The notes beneath the pieces were generated by a model that was not told the origin of the DNA, made no database searches, and saw only the letters and a program-made list of their open reading frames with translations. Shown here in pieces: positions 1 through 8,792 of a stretch of DNA of 37,369 nt. The translations under genes and the position numbers were made by a program. Source of the DNA: an uncultured bacterium (GTDB lineage: Bacteria > Electryoneota > AABM5-125-24 > Hatepunaeales > Hatepunaeaceae); assembly GCA_964484805.1 (NCBI GenBank), contig CAZAGU010000009.1:1-37369 (forward strand), written 5' to 3'. Every line of letters starts with the position of its first letter. Within the stretch, counting starts at the first letter, position 1.

Positions 1-453
1 CACCAGCGCTTCTATTCCCGCTGAGGGCAGTTTATCGTGTAAAGCACGGATGGTGTTCACATAATGCCCTGCGCCGCCGTCAGGCAAATCATCTCTATCG
101 ACTGAAGTCAGCACTATCCAGCGCAGCTTCAGCATCATAGCCGCTTCAGCCAGACGTCTTGGCTCATCTTCGTCAACAGGATCAGGTTTTCCGGTTTCAA
201 TTGCGCAAAATCGACAGTTGCGGGTACATGTGTTCCCTAAAATCATGAATGTCGCTGTTCCGCGGCTCCAACATTCACCGGCGTTAGGACAATGAGCACT
301 TTGGCAGACGGTGTGGAGCCTTTTTTCTTTGATCAGTTCAGCGACTTTCCGATGGGTTTCATTGGTGTTAAGGCGTATTTTGAGCCAGTCTGGCTTGCGA
401 ATGTATTTTTTTTCTTTCGTAACAGAAGGAGTTCTCAGTTCAACAGCTTTCAT
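1..453 (-). CDS. lipA: Lipoyl synthase LipA, N-terminal portion. The gene continues beyond the window start, so it is 3'-partial here.
   Basis: Minus-strand translation from the ATG at 451-453 gives [90 protein letters not shown]... It carries the CPNxGECW auxiliary-cluster motif and the CxxxCxxC radical-SAM motif typical of LipA. There is no stop codon before coordinate 1. Confidence 0.85.
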   Translation of the reverse strand, partial: MKAVELRTPSVTKEKKYIRKPDWLKIRLNTNETHRKVAELIKEKRLHTVCQSAHCPNAGECWSRGTATFMILGNTCTRNCRFCAIETGKPDPVDEDEPRRLAEAAMMLKLRWIVLTSVDRDDLPDGGAGHYVNTIRALHDKLPSAGIEALV

Positions 454-959
454 TTATGCCTTCTTGATGTGTAACAGGTCAAATTTCTAAGCTTGTCCGA
501 ATGCTTCACATTCGGGCATCAAACTACCTAAATATAGTAAAAATAATCCCGTTTTGTAATCAAACCAACCCGAAAGCCTAAGAATTATCTCCTTAAATTT
601 CCTCACTAAACGGGTTTGCTTGATTCATGAGTTACGTTTTTTTGACTATCACCATTTGGGGTTTAAGGGAAGGCAAATGCTTGATGAAACCGGATTATGA
701 GCGTAAATGAATGGATTACTCAAAAATTTATCGCAAGTATCAAAGATATTTTACAAATTTAAAACATTATTCAATTGGTGTTTGCAAAGCTGAAAATAAT
801 ACTTATCTTGTTTTGATCTTAATCAGGGAGGAAGGCTCGCATGTATTTTGGAGCAAATGATTTTGCACATTTGGGCAAGATTTCCTTGGTTTAATCTGAT
901 GCGTTGATTTATCTGTCTCGTGATGCAGTTTGGCAGATAATTCCCTTCATGCAAATTTT

Positions 960-1340
960 TTACAGGCATGAGCGTATCAGAGTTGGTAGCTTCGAACGAC
1001 ACAGTTGACGGTCTCGACAAGCGAACCGTCGTTGCCCGGTTCAGACTGGCGCAACAGGTGGATTGCCACAAGGTTTTGCTTGTTTTTCTGGCTTGTCTCA
1101 TTCGTGAGGCATGGCGTTCTGCAAAGGGCGCATTAAGTAAGTTGATCGGCGTGTTTTTAGCTCGGACAGCCGCACGGGGATTTGCCTCGATGCGATGTGG
1201 AGCTCTACCAATACACAACAGTTGTATCATTAGTGCTCCACAGGGAGTTCTTCACAAGCCTTTGTCACGGGAAGATATTAATTTTACGGTCTTCTTTGGC
1301 TTCGTGAAAGCATGATATGTGACAAACAACAGGGGAATTG
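960..1340. other. GC-rich non-coding island of about 380 bp between lipA and the rbp gene. It could be a structured 5' leader or an unassigned ncRNA.
   Basis: The only ORFs here (823..1230 minus and 968..1315 plus) overlap antisense and have implausible composition. The region contains nested inverted repeats: GTGGAGC...GCTCCAC, GACGGT...ACCGTC and GGGGAattgTCCCC just before the rbp start. It is flanked by AT-rich DNA. Confidence 0.3.
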
Positions 1341-1364
1341 TCCCCATTTCGGAAAAGGCTGAAA

Positions 1365-1640
1365 ATGTTAAACATTTATGTAGGCAATCTGTCCTACAAC
1401 ACCACAGAAGACGATCTTCGCAACATGTTCGAAGCACACGGTCAAGTTGATCGCGTTAGTCTCGTCATTGATCGTGACACCAATCGTAGCAAAGGTTTTG
1501 GATTTGTTGAAATGCCCAATGAAGCTGAAGGCAGAAATGCCATTAGCGCGCTACATGAAACAGAAAAAGATGGTCGCAGAATTACGGTCAACGAAGCCAG
1601 ACCAAAGGCTGATCGTCCTGCTCGTCGCGAACGCTACTAA
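1365..1640 (+). CDS. Small RNA-binding protein with a single RRM domain (glycine-poor Rbp-like).
   Basis: MLNIYVGNLSYNTTEDDLRNMFEAHGQVDRVSLVIDRDTNRSKGFGFVEMPNEAEGRNAISALHETEKDGRRITVNEARPK carries the RNP2 (IYVGNL) and RNP1 (KGFGFVEM) motifs. An AAAAGG RBS precedes the ATG at 1365. The ORF-track start at 1338 is likely too far upstream. Confidence 0.8.
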   Translation: MLNIYVGNLSYNTTEDDLRNMFEAHGQVDRVSLVIDRDTNRSKGFGFVEMPNEAEGRNAISALHETEKDGRRITVNEARPKADRPARRERY

Positions 1641-1700
1641 ATTTTATTCTGTCCCTTGGTTATAATTTAATCTTCGGCGACAAAATAATTTAGCATTATA

Positions 1701-1738
1701 CCAAGCGCGGTCTATAAAAGATCGCGCTTGGTCTTTTT
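1701..1738 (+). terminator. Rho-independent terminator downstream of the rbp gene.
   Basis: CCAAGCGCG-(13 nt loop)-CGCGCTTGG followed by TCTTTTTG. Confidence 0.7.
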
Positions 1739-2153
1739 GTGAGAAGTATCATTCATTGCCGGGAGTGAAAATCTATCTCTGAATGCTAGCCGACAGTTCA
1801 CGCCTGTAATTGGTTTTGGAATTATGGAAAGCATGAACTAGCTTAAAGAAGTAAAAAATCAACGCTACGTTGCTTGAGGGCACTCGCATGTTTAATAAGA
1901 TATGAGTATGTTCTATGTTTGATGTAATTCTTAAGGCATAGTTAAATGAATCAAATTGACTTCATGTTCCAGTACGGATTACCTGCTGATGTCCCGATGG
2001 CTAATCAGACGCACGAGAGTAACCGCTCATGGCGACCACTCGAGATTCTACAGATCATTGAAGTGATGGGAAGGCTACTAATATTTGACCATCGCTTGGT
2101 AGGCTTCTGCTTGAGGCTGATGTCGATTGGTTGCAACTGCCGTTCTCAGACTG

Positions 2154-2321
2154 CTAATGCTTCTCGCAACCAAGCTCGTGGGTCAGCTCCGATGCCAAAG
2201 CACGCTCGATTATTGCCTTTGTTAATTGCTTCAAAATATCGTCTGAACCTGTGATATCCTCTGGTGTCTTGTAATCCTTCAACAACTCGTCGATTAACTC
2301 GATCGGTATCTTCGTGTCCAT
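2154..2321 (-). pseudogene. IS256/mutator-family transposase N-terminal remnant. It is truncated after about 55 aa by an in-frame stop.
   Basis: Minus-strand translation is MDTKIPIELIDELLKDYKTPEDITGSDDILKQLTKAIIERALASELTHELGCEKH*. The ...LLKQLTK..IERAL.aELtEHLGYEKH pattern is characteristic of the N-terminus of IS256-type transposases. The downstream sequence no longer reads as transposase in any frame. The ORF-track entry 1946..2254(+) is antisense to this remnant. Confidence 0.55.
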
Positions 2322-2432
2322 GTCTAACCTCCTGTGTAAATGCTTTAATAATCTAACACCATTTTCCTATTTACACAAAATTCAGACAGGCTCGTGTAAA
2401 TTGCATTAAAACACACCATATACACACCACGT

Positions 2433-2469
2433 AAAAAAAGCCCCCGGCTAAATAAATAGCTGAGGGCTT
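2433..2469 (-). terminator. Rho-independent terminator immediately 3' of tRNA-Glu.
   Basis: On the minus strand: AAGCCCTCAGCTA-tttatt-TAGCCGGGGGCTT followed by TTTTTTT. Confidence 0.7.
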
Positions 2470-2477
2470 AACTTGCG

Positions 2478-2549
2478 TAGCCCGTAGGGGAATCGAACCC
2501 CTGTTACCGGCGTGAGAGGCCGGCGTCCTAACCGCTGAACGAACGGGCC
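2478..2549 (-). tRNA. tRNA-Glu with anticodon CUC.
   Basis: Minus strand reads GGCCCGTTCGTTCAGCGGTTAGGACGCCGGCCTCTCACGCCGGTAACAGGGGTTCGATTCCCCTACGGGCTA. It has a 7-bp acceptor stem (one G-U pair), a D-arm, an anticodon stem CCGGC/GCCGG with loop CUCUCAC (anticodon CUC), and a T-arm GGGGTTCGATTCCCC. It is closely similar to canonical bacterial tRNA-Glu. CCA is not encoded. Confidence 0.85.
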
Positions 2550-2647
2550 AAAATCCCCGTCAAACGAGGACTTTTATTTGAATCTAGAATCTAATCACGT
2601 TTACACTTTTCCGCAAGTATTCTCGCGAAAAATTTTAGCAGATTCGA

Positions 2648-4978
2648 TTATTTTTCGCTGGCAATCTTCCACAACACGTCTTTGGTCTCTTCAACAGACA
2701 TGTTGGCAGTGTTCACGACATAGAATTCAACACGGTCAAGCATCCGCTTCCATTGACGACGCAATGGATCAATGCACTCGTCAATGCGCCCGATGATATA
2801 CTTGTTGTAGAATGGCATCTGCCGCCAGCCGCCCTTTTGGGACATATACGCGCCGTCTTCCAGGCGTTGCAATGCTTCAGTCGAATTCAGCTTATTCACC
2901 TTGCTGGCAAGCTGGTCATTCTGTAGCAAGACAACCTTAGACAGGATAGTCCGCTTGACGTGCTTTTCAGTACTGCCGATCCAATATGGATCAAGCAATA
3001 CCCGCGAATTGCCACGATGCACATAACAACGAGGCTCGCCACGCTTCAAAGGACATCCCTCGCCCAATGGGCAAGAATCGTCGTTTTCTGTTGCAACATT
3101 CTCAAGCTTACTGCGATCAAACAGCCCCGTCAATTCAGGCAGATTTCCAGCAAGTTTGGTGCGGACAAGCATTTTACGCTCGACTGAATCTGCCACGGGG
3201 TTGCCGCCAGCCCAGCGAACGAAAAATCCATTCATGCTGTGCAATTTGGCTTCCTGATGGCGCAACAGCCCGGCGAACTGTGTTGTACCGCCCGTTCCTG
3301 ATGGAGCGATTAGAGCTAATCCCTTGCCATTGACATCAACACAATCGCCGCCAATCATAAACATATCAAAAGCGCGTGTGGCAATGTCGTTCACCATGCC
3401 AAGCGCCATGGCGCGTAGCTGAGGATAGTAGGCAGTATTAAACATCAATCCAGTGCGCGTCTCCTGACTGTAGAAGGCGCTCGGTTCTCGGCCCGGTGCG
3501 CCTTTAACACCGTAAAGTACGCCATGAGGTTCAATGTCAGATTCCAGCGATGCCGGGTACCAGTTCTCCTGCCAGAAATCAATCAAGTGAGATGAATTGG
3601 TCGCGAGCTTCAAAATGATGCCACCGATGCTGACGTTCCACTCGTTGTAATTGTCGTAAGTCAGAACCGATTCGGCTTCCTTGACTAAACCGTCACGCAG
3701 TTGAGGATTAACCTTCGCTTCAAGCCGCACAGACTTATAAACCTTTGTACTTGTGTTTCGGATAGATTTTCTCTGGGCGCGAATTGTCGGCTTAAGATTT
3801 GCCAGACCTTCAGTGAGGCGATCCATAGCCTTCTCGAGATTTTCCATTGATGAGGCGTAGGAGATTCTGATGAATCCATCCATACCAAAAGCTTCACCCG
3901 GAACTACGGCGACATGAGCGTGTTTCAGAAGATAATAAGCCAGCCCAGCAGAATTCCGGATCGGCATTCCTTCAAACTGCTTCTCAAAATAATGCGATGT
4001 GTTTATGTAGAGGTAAAACGCACCTTCTGGCTTATAACATGAACAATGCGGAAGGCTATTCACGCGATAAAGCAGAGCATTTCGCCGCCGTTCAAACTCG
4101 GCAGTCATGCGGGTAATCTCGTGCTGAGGACCTGACAAAGCTTCAACACCTGCCCATTGTGCCATCGAGTTTGGGTTGGATGTTGAATGCTCCTGAACCT
4201 TTGTCATTCCACCGATAAGTTCTTCGGGACCCACTGCATAACCGAGCCGCCAGCCTGTCATGGCATAAGCTTTGGAAAATCCGTTGATAATTAAAGAATT
4301 GTTGCGGACTTTTTCACCAAATGAACACACAGACTTGTATCGGAAACCATCATAGACGAGCTTCTCATAAATCTCATCCGAAATGATTATTATCCCTTCA
4401 TCCATGCAAACATCAATTACTTTTTCAAGCTCAGACGCTGAGTATGTTGCGCCTGTGGGGTTTGATGGGTTATTGAGAATGATTGCCTTAGTCCGGGCGG
4501 ACATGGCACGACCCAAGTCTTCAGGTGTGACTTTGAATCCGTTTTCTTCTTTGGTGTTCACAAAAACGGGAACACCCTTGGCGAGGCTCACCATGTGGGG
4601 ATAAGACACCCAGTAGGGGACAGGGATCAGTACTTCATCACCTTTATTGAGCAACGCGATACAGGCATTGTAGAGCGCCTGTTTAGCTCCTGTGCAGGCT
4701 ATGACATTTTCTAGTTTGTAATCCGCCCCATATTCCTCGCGGAATTTACGCACAATAGCTTTCCTGAGTTCGGGAATCCCGCAGGTCGCTGTGTACGTCG
4801 TCTGATTTCTATCAAGAGCAGCTTTAGCCGCCGCTTTAATGTTTTCTGGGGTAGGGAAGTCCGGTTCGCCAACCGACAGGTTGATTATGTCAATTCCCTC
4901 TTGACGCATCTGCCGCGCTTTAGCGTTGATGCGTAAGGTGGAAGAGAAACCAATTCGTTGAATTCTATCTGCAATCAT
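2648..4978 (-). CDS. Two-domain protein: class-I (aspartate/aromatic) PLP-dependent aminotransferase fused to a C-terminal HPr-kinase/PEPCK-like P-loop domain with a degenerate Walker A.
   Basis: Single 776-aa ORF. The N-terminal ~400 aa carry aminotransferase motifs (NLSVGEPDFPTP, NPSNPTG, SFSKAYAMTGWRLGY, RISYASSMENLEKAMDRL). There is no Met and no stop between the domains. The C-terminal ~370 aa contain VDVNGKGLALIAPSGTGGTT, which resembles the HprK C-domain pattern V.V.G.GVLI.G.SG.GKS but with the Walker A lysine replaced by Gly. It might instead be two genes if a GTG start near 3760 is used. Confidence 0.6.
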   Translation of the reverse strand: MIADRIQRIGFSSTLRINAKARQMRQEGIDIINLSVGEPDFPTPENIKAAAKAALDRNQTTYTATCGIPELRKAIVRKFREEYGADYKLENVIACTGAKQALYNACIALLNKGDEVLIPVPYWVSYPHMVSLAKGVPVFVNTKEENGFKVTPEDLGRAMSARTKAIILNNPSNPTGATYSASELEKVIDVCMDEGIIIISDEIYEKLVYDGFRYKSVCSFGEKVRNNSLIINGFSKAYAMTGWRLGYAVGPEELIGGMTKVQEHSTSNPNSMAQWAGVEALSGPQHEITRMTAEFERRRNALLYRVNSLPHCSCYKPEGAFYLYINTSHYFEKQFEGMPIRNSAGLAYYLLKHAHVAVVPGEAFGMDGFIRISYASSMENLEKAMDRLTEGLANLKPTIRAQRKSIRNTSTKVYKSVRLEAKVNPQLRDGLVKEAESVLTYDNYNEWNVSIGGIILKLATNSSHLIDFWQENWYPASLESDIEPHGVLYGVKGAPGREPSAFYSQETRTGLMFNTAYYPQLRAMALGMVNDIATRAFDMFMIGGDCVDVNGKGLALIAPSGTGGTTQFAGLLRHQEAKLHSMNGFFVRWAGGNPVADSVERKMLVRTKLAGNLPELTGLFDRSKLENVATENDDSCPLGEGCPLKRGEPRCYVHRGNSRVLLDPYWIGSTEKHVKRTILSKVVLLQNDQLASKVNKLNSTEALQRLEDGAYMSQKGGWRQMPFYNKYIIGRIDECIDPLRRQWKRMLDRVEFYVVNTANMSVEETKDVLWKIASEK

Positions 4979-5136
4979 GGCTGTATTACACCGTAAAATG
5001 TAATTAATTTCTACGCGAAAAGCATGCTGAACTTTTCGTCAATGAACAGAATAGCCCCTATTGATGAACAGGGGCTTTCTGAATTCTCATTAACAGACAA
5101 AGAACATTGAATAAACTCTTAATCTAAAGTAAAAAT

Positions 5137-6570
5137 TTATTGTTCTTCAACTTCTTCTGTTACTTCCTTGGTTTTTCCACCAAGTATGTCTTTGCCGGTT
5201 AAAGTCTTTAAAATTACAGGAAGCTGAGCCATTATTTCTGCTGTCATGCCTGTAAGCTTACTCGCACCGGAAGCCCCGTCGCCAACCATTACAATCTTTT
5301 CGATCCTAGACATAGGTTCAGCGATAGATTTGAGCATCTCAGGCGCTTTTTCCAGAGCCATCTGGTAAATAGCCGCTTCATTGTAGTTGGCAAATGATTC
5401 GGCTTTAGCCTGCATAGCTTCTGCTTCAGCGATACCAAGCTTACGGGTGTACTCAACACGGCTGATTCCCTGCTGGCGAGTGACCTCAACCTGAGCTTCG
5501 CCTTCTGCAAGATTGGCTTTCGCACGACCTTCAGCTTCTGTAGTAAGGCGGTATTTCTCAGCATCAGCATCAATTTGAATCTGAATCCGGCGAGCTTCTG
5601 CGGGTTTGTGAATGGTTGATTCGAGTTCTAGCTCACGGCGCAGAATCTCTTTTTCTTCAACCTTAATCGCGGATTCTTTTTCAACCAGCTTAGTGTGATA
5701 CTCGGCTTGCTTTAAATCTGCGTTGACCTTGTTTCTTTCAAGATCATAAGCCAGATCAGACATTGCTTTACGCTTGTTAATATCAATCTGATATTCAGTG
5801 CGCTTGACTTCGTAGTCCTTGTTGGCTTCAGAAATCTGAGTCTCAACCTGGAATCTTACGATGTCCCCTTCTTTGCGAGCTTCGGCTGTTTTGATCGTCG
5901 TGTCGCGTTCTGCTTCAGCCTGTGCAACAGCAGCGTCGCGTTTAACCTGGGCTATTCTGGGAAGACCGAGAGAAGAAATGTAACCTTGCGAATCGGCAAT
6001 ATCCATCAGATTGAAGGAAATTACAACTAAGCCCATCCGACTGAAATCACCAGCGGCTTCTTTTCGCACCTTCTGAGCGAAAACATCGCGATTCTGATAG
6101 ATTTCCTCAACTGTCATTGATCCGATGATATTGCGAACAAAACCTTCGAGAATATGCTCGGTTACCTCTTTAATGGCGCTTGCGCCACCACTAAGGAATT
6201 GTTCAGCAGCACGCATGATGGAAATCTCATCCGACGCAACTTTAACCTGTGCGGCAGCTTCTGCAACGATGTGAACACCTTGTTTTGTTAAAACTTCGGG
6301 TGTTTTTACAGGAATAGTGTAAGTCTCAAGTGAAAGTTCTTGAGTGGATTCGATGAATGGTTTGACGAATGTACCGCCACCAATTTGCATCCTATATCCA
6401 ATCTTACGCTTCGTTCCATCTGTGTCTTGAACTACTCGTTTTTTACCACCAGAAACGATTAGAACTGTGTTAGGTCCAACCTTTTTGTACTGCTTGGCAA
6501 AGGCGAATATAAACAGCCCACCTATTACGACAACGACACCAATCAAAATCAGAATGGTCGTCAGATCCAT
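5137..6570 (-). CDS. Flotillin-like SPFH/band-7 domain membrane protein.
   Basis: N-terminal TM helix (ILILIGVVVVIGGLFIFAF), then an SPFH core, then a long Ala/Glu-rich coiled-coil (AEAERDTTIKTAEARKEGD...EAEGRAKANLAEGEAQ). This is the typical flotillin architecture. Confidence 0.75.
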   Translation of the reverse strand: MDLTTILILIGVVVVIGGLFIFAFAKQYKKVGPNTVLIVSGGKKRVVQDTDGTKRKIGYRMQIGGGTFVKPFIESTQELSLETYTIPVKTPEVLTKQGVHIVAEAAAQVKVASDEISIMRAAEQFLSGGASAIKEVTEHILEGFVRNIIGSMTVEEIYQNRDVFAQKVRKEAAGDFSRMGLVVISFNLMDIADSQGYISSLGLPRIAQVKRDAAVAQAEAERDTTIKTAEARKEGDIVRFQVETQISEANKDYEVKRTEYQIDINKRKAMSDLAYDLERNKVNADLKQAEYHTKLVEKESAIKVEEKEILRRELELESTIHKPAEARRIQIQIDADAEKYRLTTEAEGRAKANLAEGEAQVEVTRQQGISRVEYTRKLGIAEAEAMQAKAESFANYNEAAIYQMALEKAPEMLKSIAEPMSRIEKIVMVGDGASGASKLTGMTAEIMAQLPVILKTLTGKDILGGKTKEVTEEVEEQ

Positions 6571-7003
6571 GTTAAGCCTCTATTAGACTGTAATTTAATC
6601 AGATAACCCACTCGGACCTATCACTATTATCGCGCTGACATCTTGATGCGTCTGAGCTACGTAAATACCGATGATCGGGTGGAAAAATTACAAAACCATC
6701 GAAAATGTTTCAACAGTCGTCCTAATATAAACTCCTGAAACGAAAGAATGCAATCCTTTTCACAACCTTTTCACCCAGTAATGTAACTCGAAACAATAGA
6801 ACGATAGGATTCAAGATCGCCCGGATGTGTTTGAATCGAGGAATGCCCGTTTGAATCCACTTTTCATAACCAAAATGTGAAGACCTTTGTTCGTATCTAT
6901 TCAGTGAAGCTCATTGCTTGACTTATGCAACGAGATTATTAACATTATAGAGTTTAGGATTTCCAATTCTTCAAAGGGCGGATTGTTTAATCTGTGATGT
7001 CAA

Positions 7004-8104
7004 ATGCTCGAAGGACTTAATATTGATAGAAACGCCGGACGTCAGCCTCAATCATTAGGCTTAGTACTGAATCTCAGTGAGCGTGAGCGACTGATCTTAA
7101 TGTACATTGTCCACCATTTTATCCTGACGGCTCAACCAGTGGGCTCAAGAGCGCTGGTTCGGCGGTATGGGTTAACTCTGTCTGCAGCGACAATCAGAAA
7201 TACAATGGCTGATTTGGAAGCCCTGGGGTTGCTGACGCACCCGCACACTTCAGCAGGGCGGATACCAACCGACCTCGGTTATAGGATTTACGTTGATGAC
7301 CTGATGCACACAGAGGACATTGAGCCGGAAATCAGAAATTCTATTAGTTGTACTCTTCAGGAAAATTGCACGGAAGTAACCGATGTGCTCGATCATGTCA
7401 GCGAGCTTCTGGGGCAGGTGTCGCGCTTGCTCTCAGTAATCACAACCCCGGATCTATCCTCTGGAACGCTACATAAAGTCGAAATTGTGAAGCTATCGGC
7501 GGACAGAATCATGATTATCATAATGGTGATGTCTGGCATGGTCGAAACAATTACATTGGAACTGAAAAGCCAGATTTCCAGTGACGATATTAAAGGGGCC
7601 ACACGTTTCATTAATCAACGGCTTTCAGGACTGAAAATATCGAGCATCCCGAGCACTATAAATTCACGGCTTTCAGGCGAAGGTGAAAGTAGAAATGCGA
7701 TTGTCCGTTTGTTTCTCGAATTTCCAGAGCGTATCTTTATGCCGAGCACTCGCCAGGGCATGCACATTGGAGGCACGCGACATGTGCTCGACCAGCCCGA
7801 ATACAAAACCCCCGAAAAATTCAAGGGTATAATCGAGCTGGTGGAGGACAGAGATGTCATAGTTCACCTACTTAAAGACAGGCAACCAGGTCTTGAGGTG
7901 ACAATCGGAAATGAGCATGATGGCGAACAGCTCAAAGATTTCAGTGTGATCACATCAACCTACAGAATTGGAAATACACAAGGTACACTGGGAATAATTG
8001 GTCCAACTCGAATGGATTATTCCAAGTTAATCACTCTGGTTGACTATACATCCAGATTGGTTTCTGAACATGCTGAAAAGGGCGATAAGAGCAATCACGC
8101 TTGA
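7004..8104 (+). CDS. hrcA: Heat-inducible transcriptional repressor HrcA.
   Basis: LSERERLILMYIVHHFILTAQPVGSRALVRRYGLTLSAATIRNTMADLEALGLLTHPHTSAGRIPTDLGYRIYVDDL is the conserved HrcA N-terminal winged-helix region. It is followed directly by grpE and dnaJ. The exact start is uncertain. Confidence 0.85.
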   Translation: MLEGLNIDRNAGRQPQSLGLVLNLSERERLILMYIVHHFILTAQPVGSRALVRRYGLTLSAATIRNTMADLEALGLLTHPHTSAGRIPTDLGYRIYVDDLMHTEDIEPEIRNSISCTLQENCTEVTDVLDHVSELLGQVSRLLSVITTPDLSSGTLHKVEIVKLSADRIMIIIMVMSGMVETITLELKSQISSDDIKGATRFINQRLSGLKISSIPSTINSRLSGEGESRNAIVRLFLEFPERIFMPSTRQGMHIGGTRHVLDQPEYKTPEKFKGIIELVEDRDVIVHLLKDRQPGLEVTIGNEHDGEQLKDFSVITSTYRIGNTQGTLGIIGPTRMDYSKLITLVDYTSRLVSEHAEKGDKSNHA

Positions 8105-8141
8105 TGCCTAATTTGAAAAACAGGTCAATAAGTCGAAAAGA

Positions 8142-8792
8142 ATGAAGAAAAAACAAAAACAAGACACGGTCATAAGAGATACAGTGGAAATTTCATCCAA
8201 GTCCGAAGCAGAAGTAAATGCAGAGCGTGGCACTGATGAAAATCAGCAACAAAATGATGGCATAAATATCAGTATCCAGGACGGCGATGAGATCGAAGCG
8301 CTCAGGGAAGAGCTTAAAGCTTCGGAAAATGAGCTTGAAAAGGAGCGCGAACAACGGCTTCGGTTGTATGCAGAATACAACAACTACCGTCGCCGAACGC
8401 AGGAACAATTCAGAGTTCTGACCGAACTCGCTGGCGAGAGTATCATTGTCAAGCTCCTTCCGGTGATGGATGACTTCCAGCGTTTTTTTGAGCAACTCAA
8501 AGATAAAACAGATATTGAAAGCTTCGCACAAGGGATTCATTTGGTTCAGAAAAAACTTGAGGATGTTGTTTCATCTGAAGGTGTGCAACCAATTGACTCG
8601 GTTGGTCAAGAATTTGATGCTGAAATACACGAAGCTATTGCTCAAGTTAATGATCCTTCAAAACCGGGTGGATCCATATTAATTGAGGTCTTGAAAGGTT
8701 ACCGCTTGGGCGGCAAGATCATCCGCCACCCGAAAGTCGTGGTGAACATGCAGGCTGAATCACAAAACACAGATGAGACAGAGAATGAGTAA
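8142..8792 (+). CDS. grpE: Nucleotide exchange factor GrpE.
   Basis: Acidic N-terminus, coiled-coil with [12 protein letters not shown] (the GrpE signature resembling AEFENYRKR), and the C-terminal beta-domain [16 protein letters not shown]. Confidence 0.85.
   Translation: MKKKQKQDTVIRDTVEISSKSEAEVNAERGTDENQQQNDGINISIQDGDEIEALREELKASENELEKEREQRLRLYAEYNNYRRRTQEQFRVLTELAGESIIVKLLPVMDDFQRFFEQLKDKTDIESFAQGIHLVQKKLEDVVSSEGVQPIDSVGQEFDAEIHEAIAQVNDPSKPGGSILIEVLKGYRLGGKIIRHPKVVVNMQAESQNTDETENE

Noticed and set aside
823-1315. ORFs 823..1230(-) and 968..1315(+) as protein-coding genes
   Set aside because: They overlap antisense to each other, have Arg/Cys/Trp-rich implausible translations with no recognisable motifs, and lie in a hairpin-dense GC-rich island. 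They are treated as non-coding.
960-1340. tmRNA, RNase P RNA or SRP RNA in the GC-rich island
   Set aside because: I could not find the defining motifs on either strand. For tmRNA these are the GGGG...GGTTCGAxTCC...CCA T-arm and a tag ORF ending in ALAA. For RNase P these are AGGAAAGTCCGG, GTAAGAGCGCACC and ACAGAAC.
1946-2254. 102-aa plus-strand ORF
   Set aside because: It is antisense to the clear transposase N-terminal remnant on the minus strand and has no recognisable features.
5040-5080. Hairpin AGCCCCT-N10-AGGGGCT as the flotillin terminator
   Set aside because: The stem is present but the downstream U-tract on the minus strand is weak, so it is not listed as a feature.
6600-7100. CIRCE operator (TTAGCACTC-N9-GAGTGCTAA) upstream of hrcA
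   Set aside because: No match to the CIRCE inverted repeat was found by eye in the 430-bp upstream region. The TTAGTACTGAATCTCAGTGAGCG string near 7060-7085 is inside the coding sequence and is not a proper CIRCE dyad.
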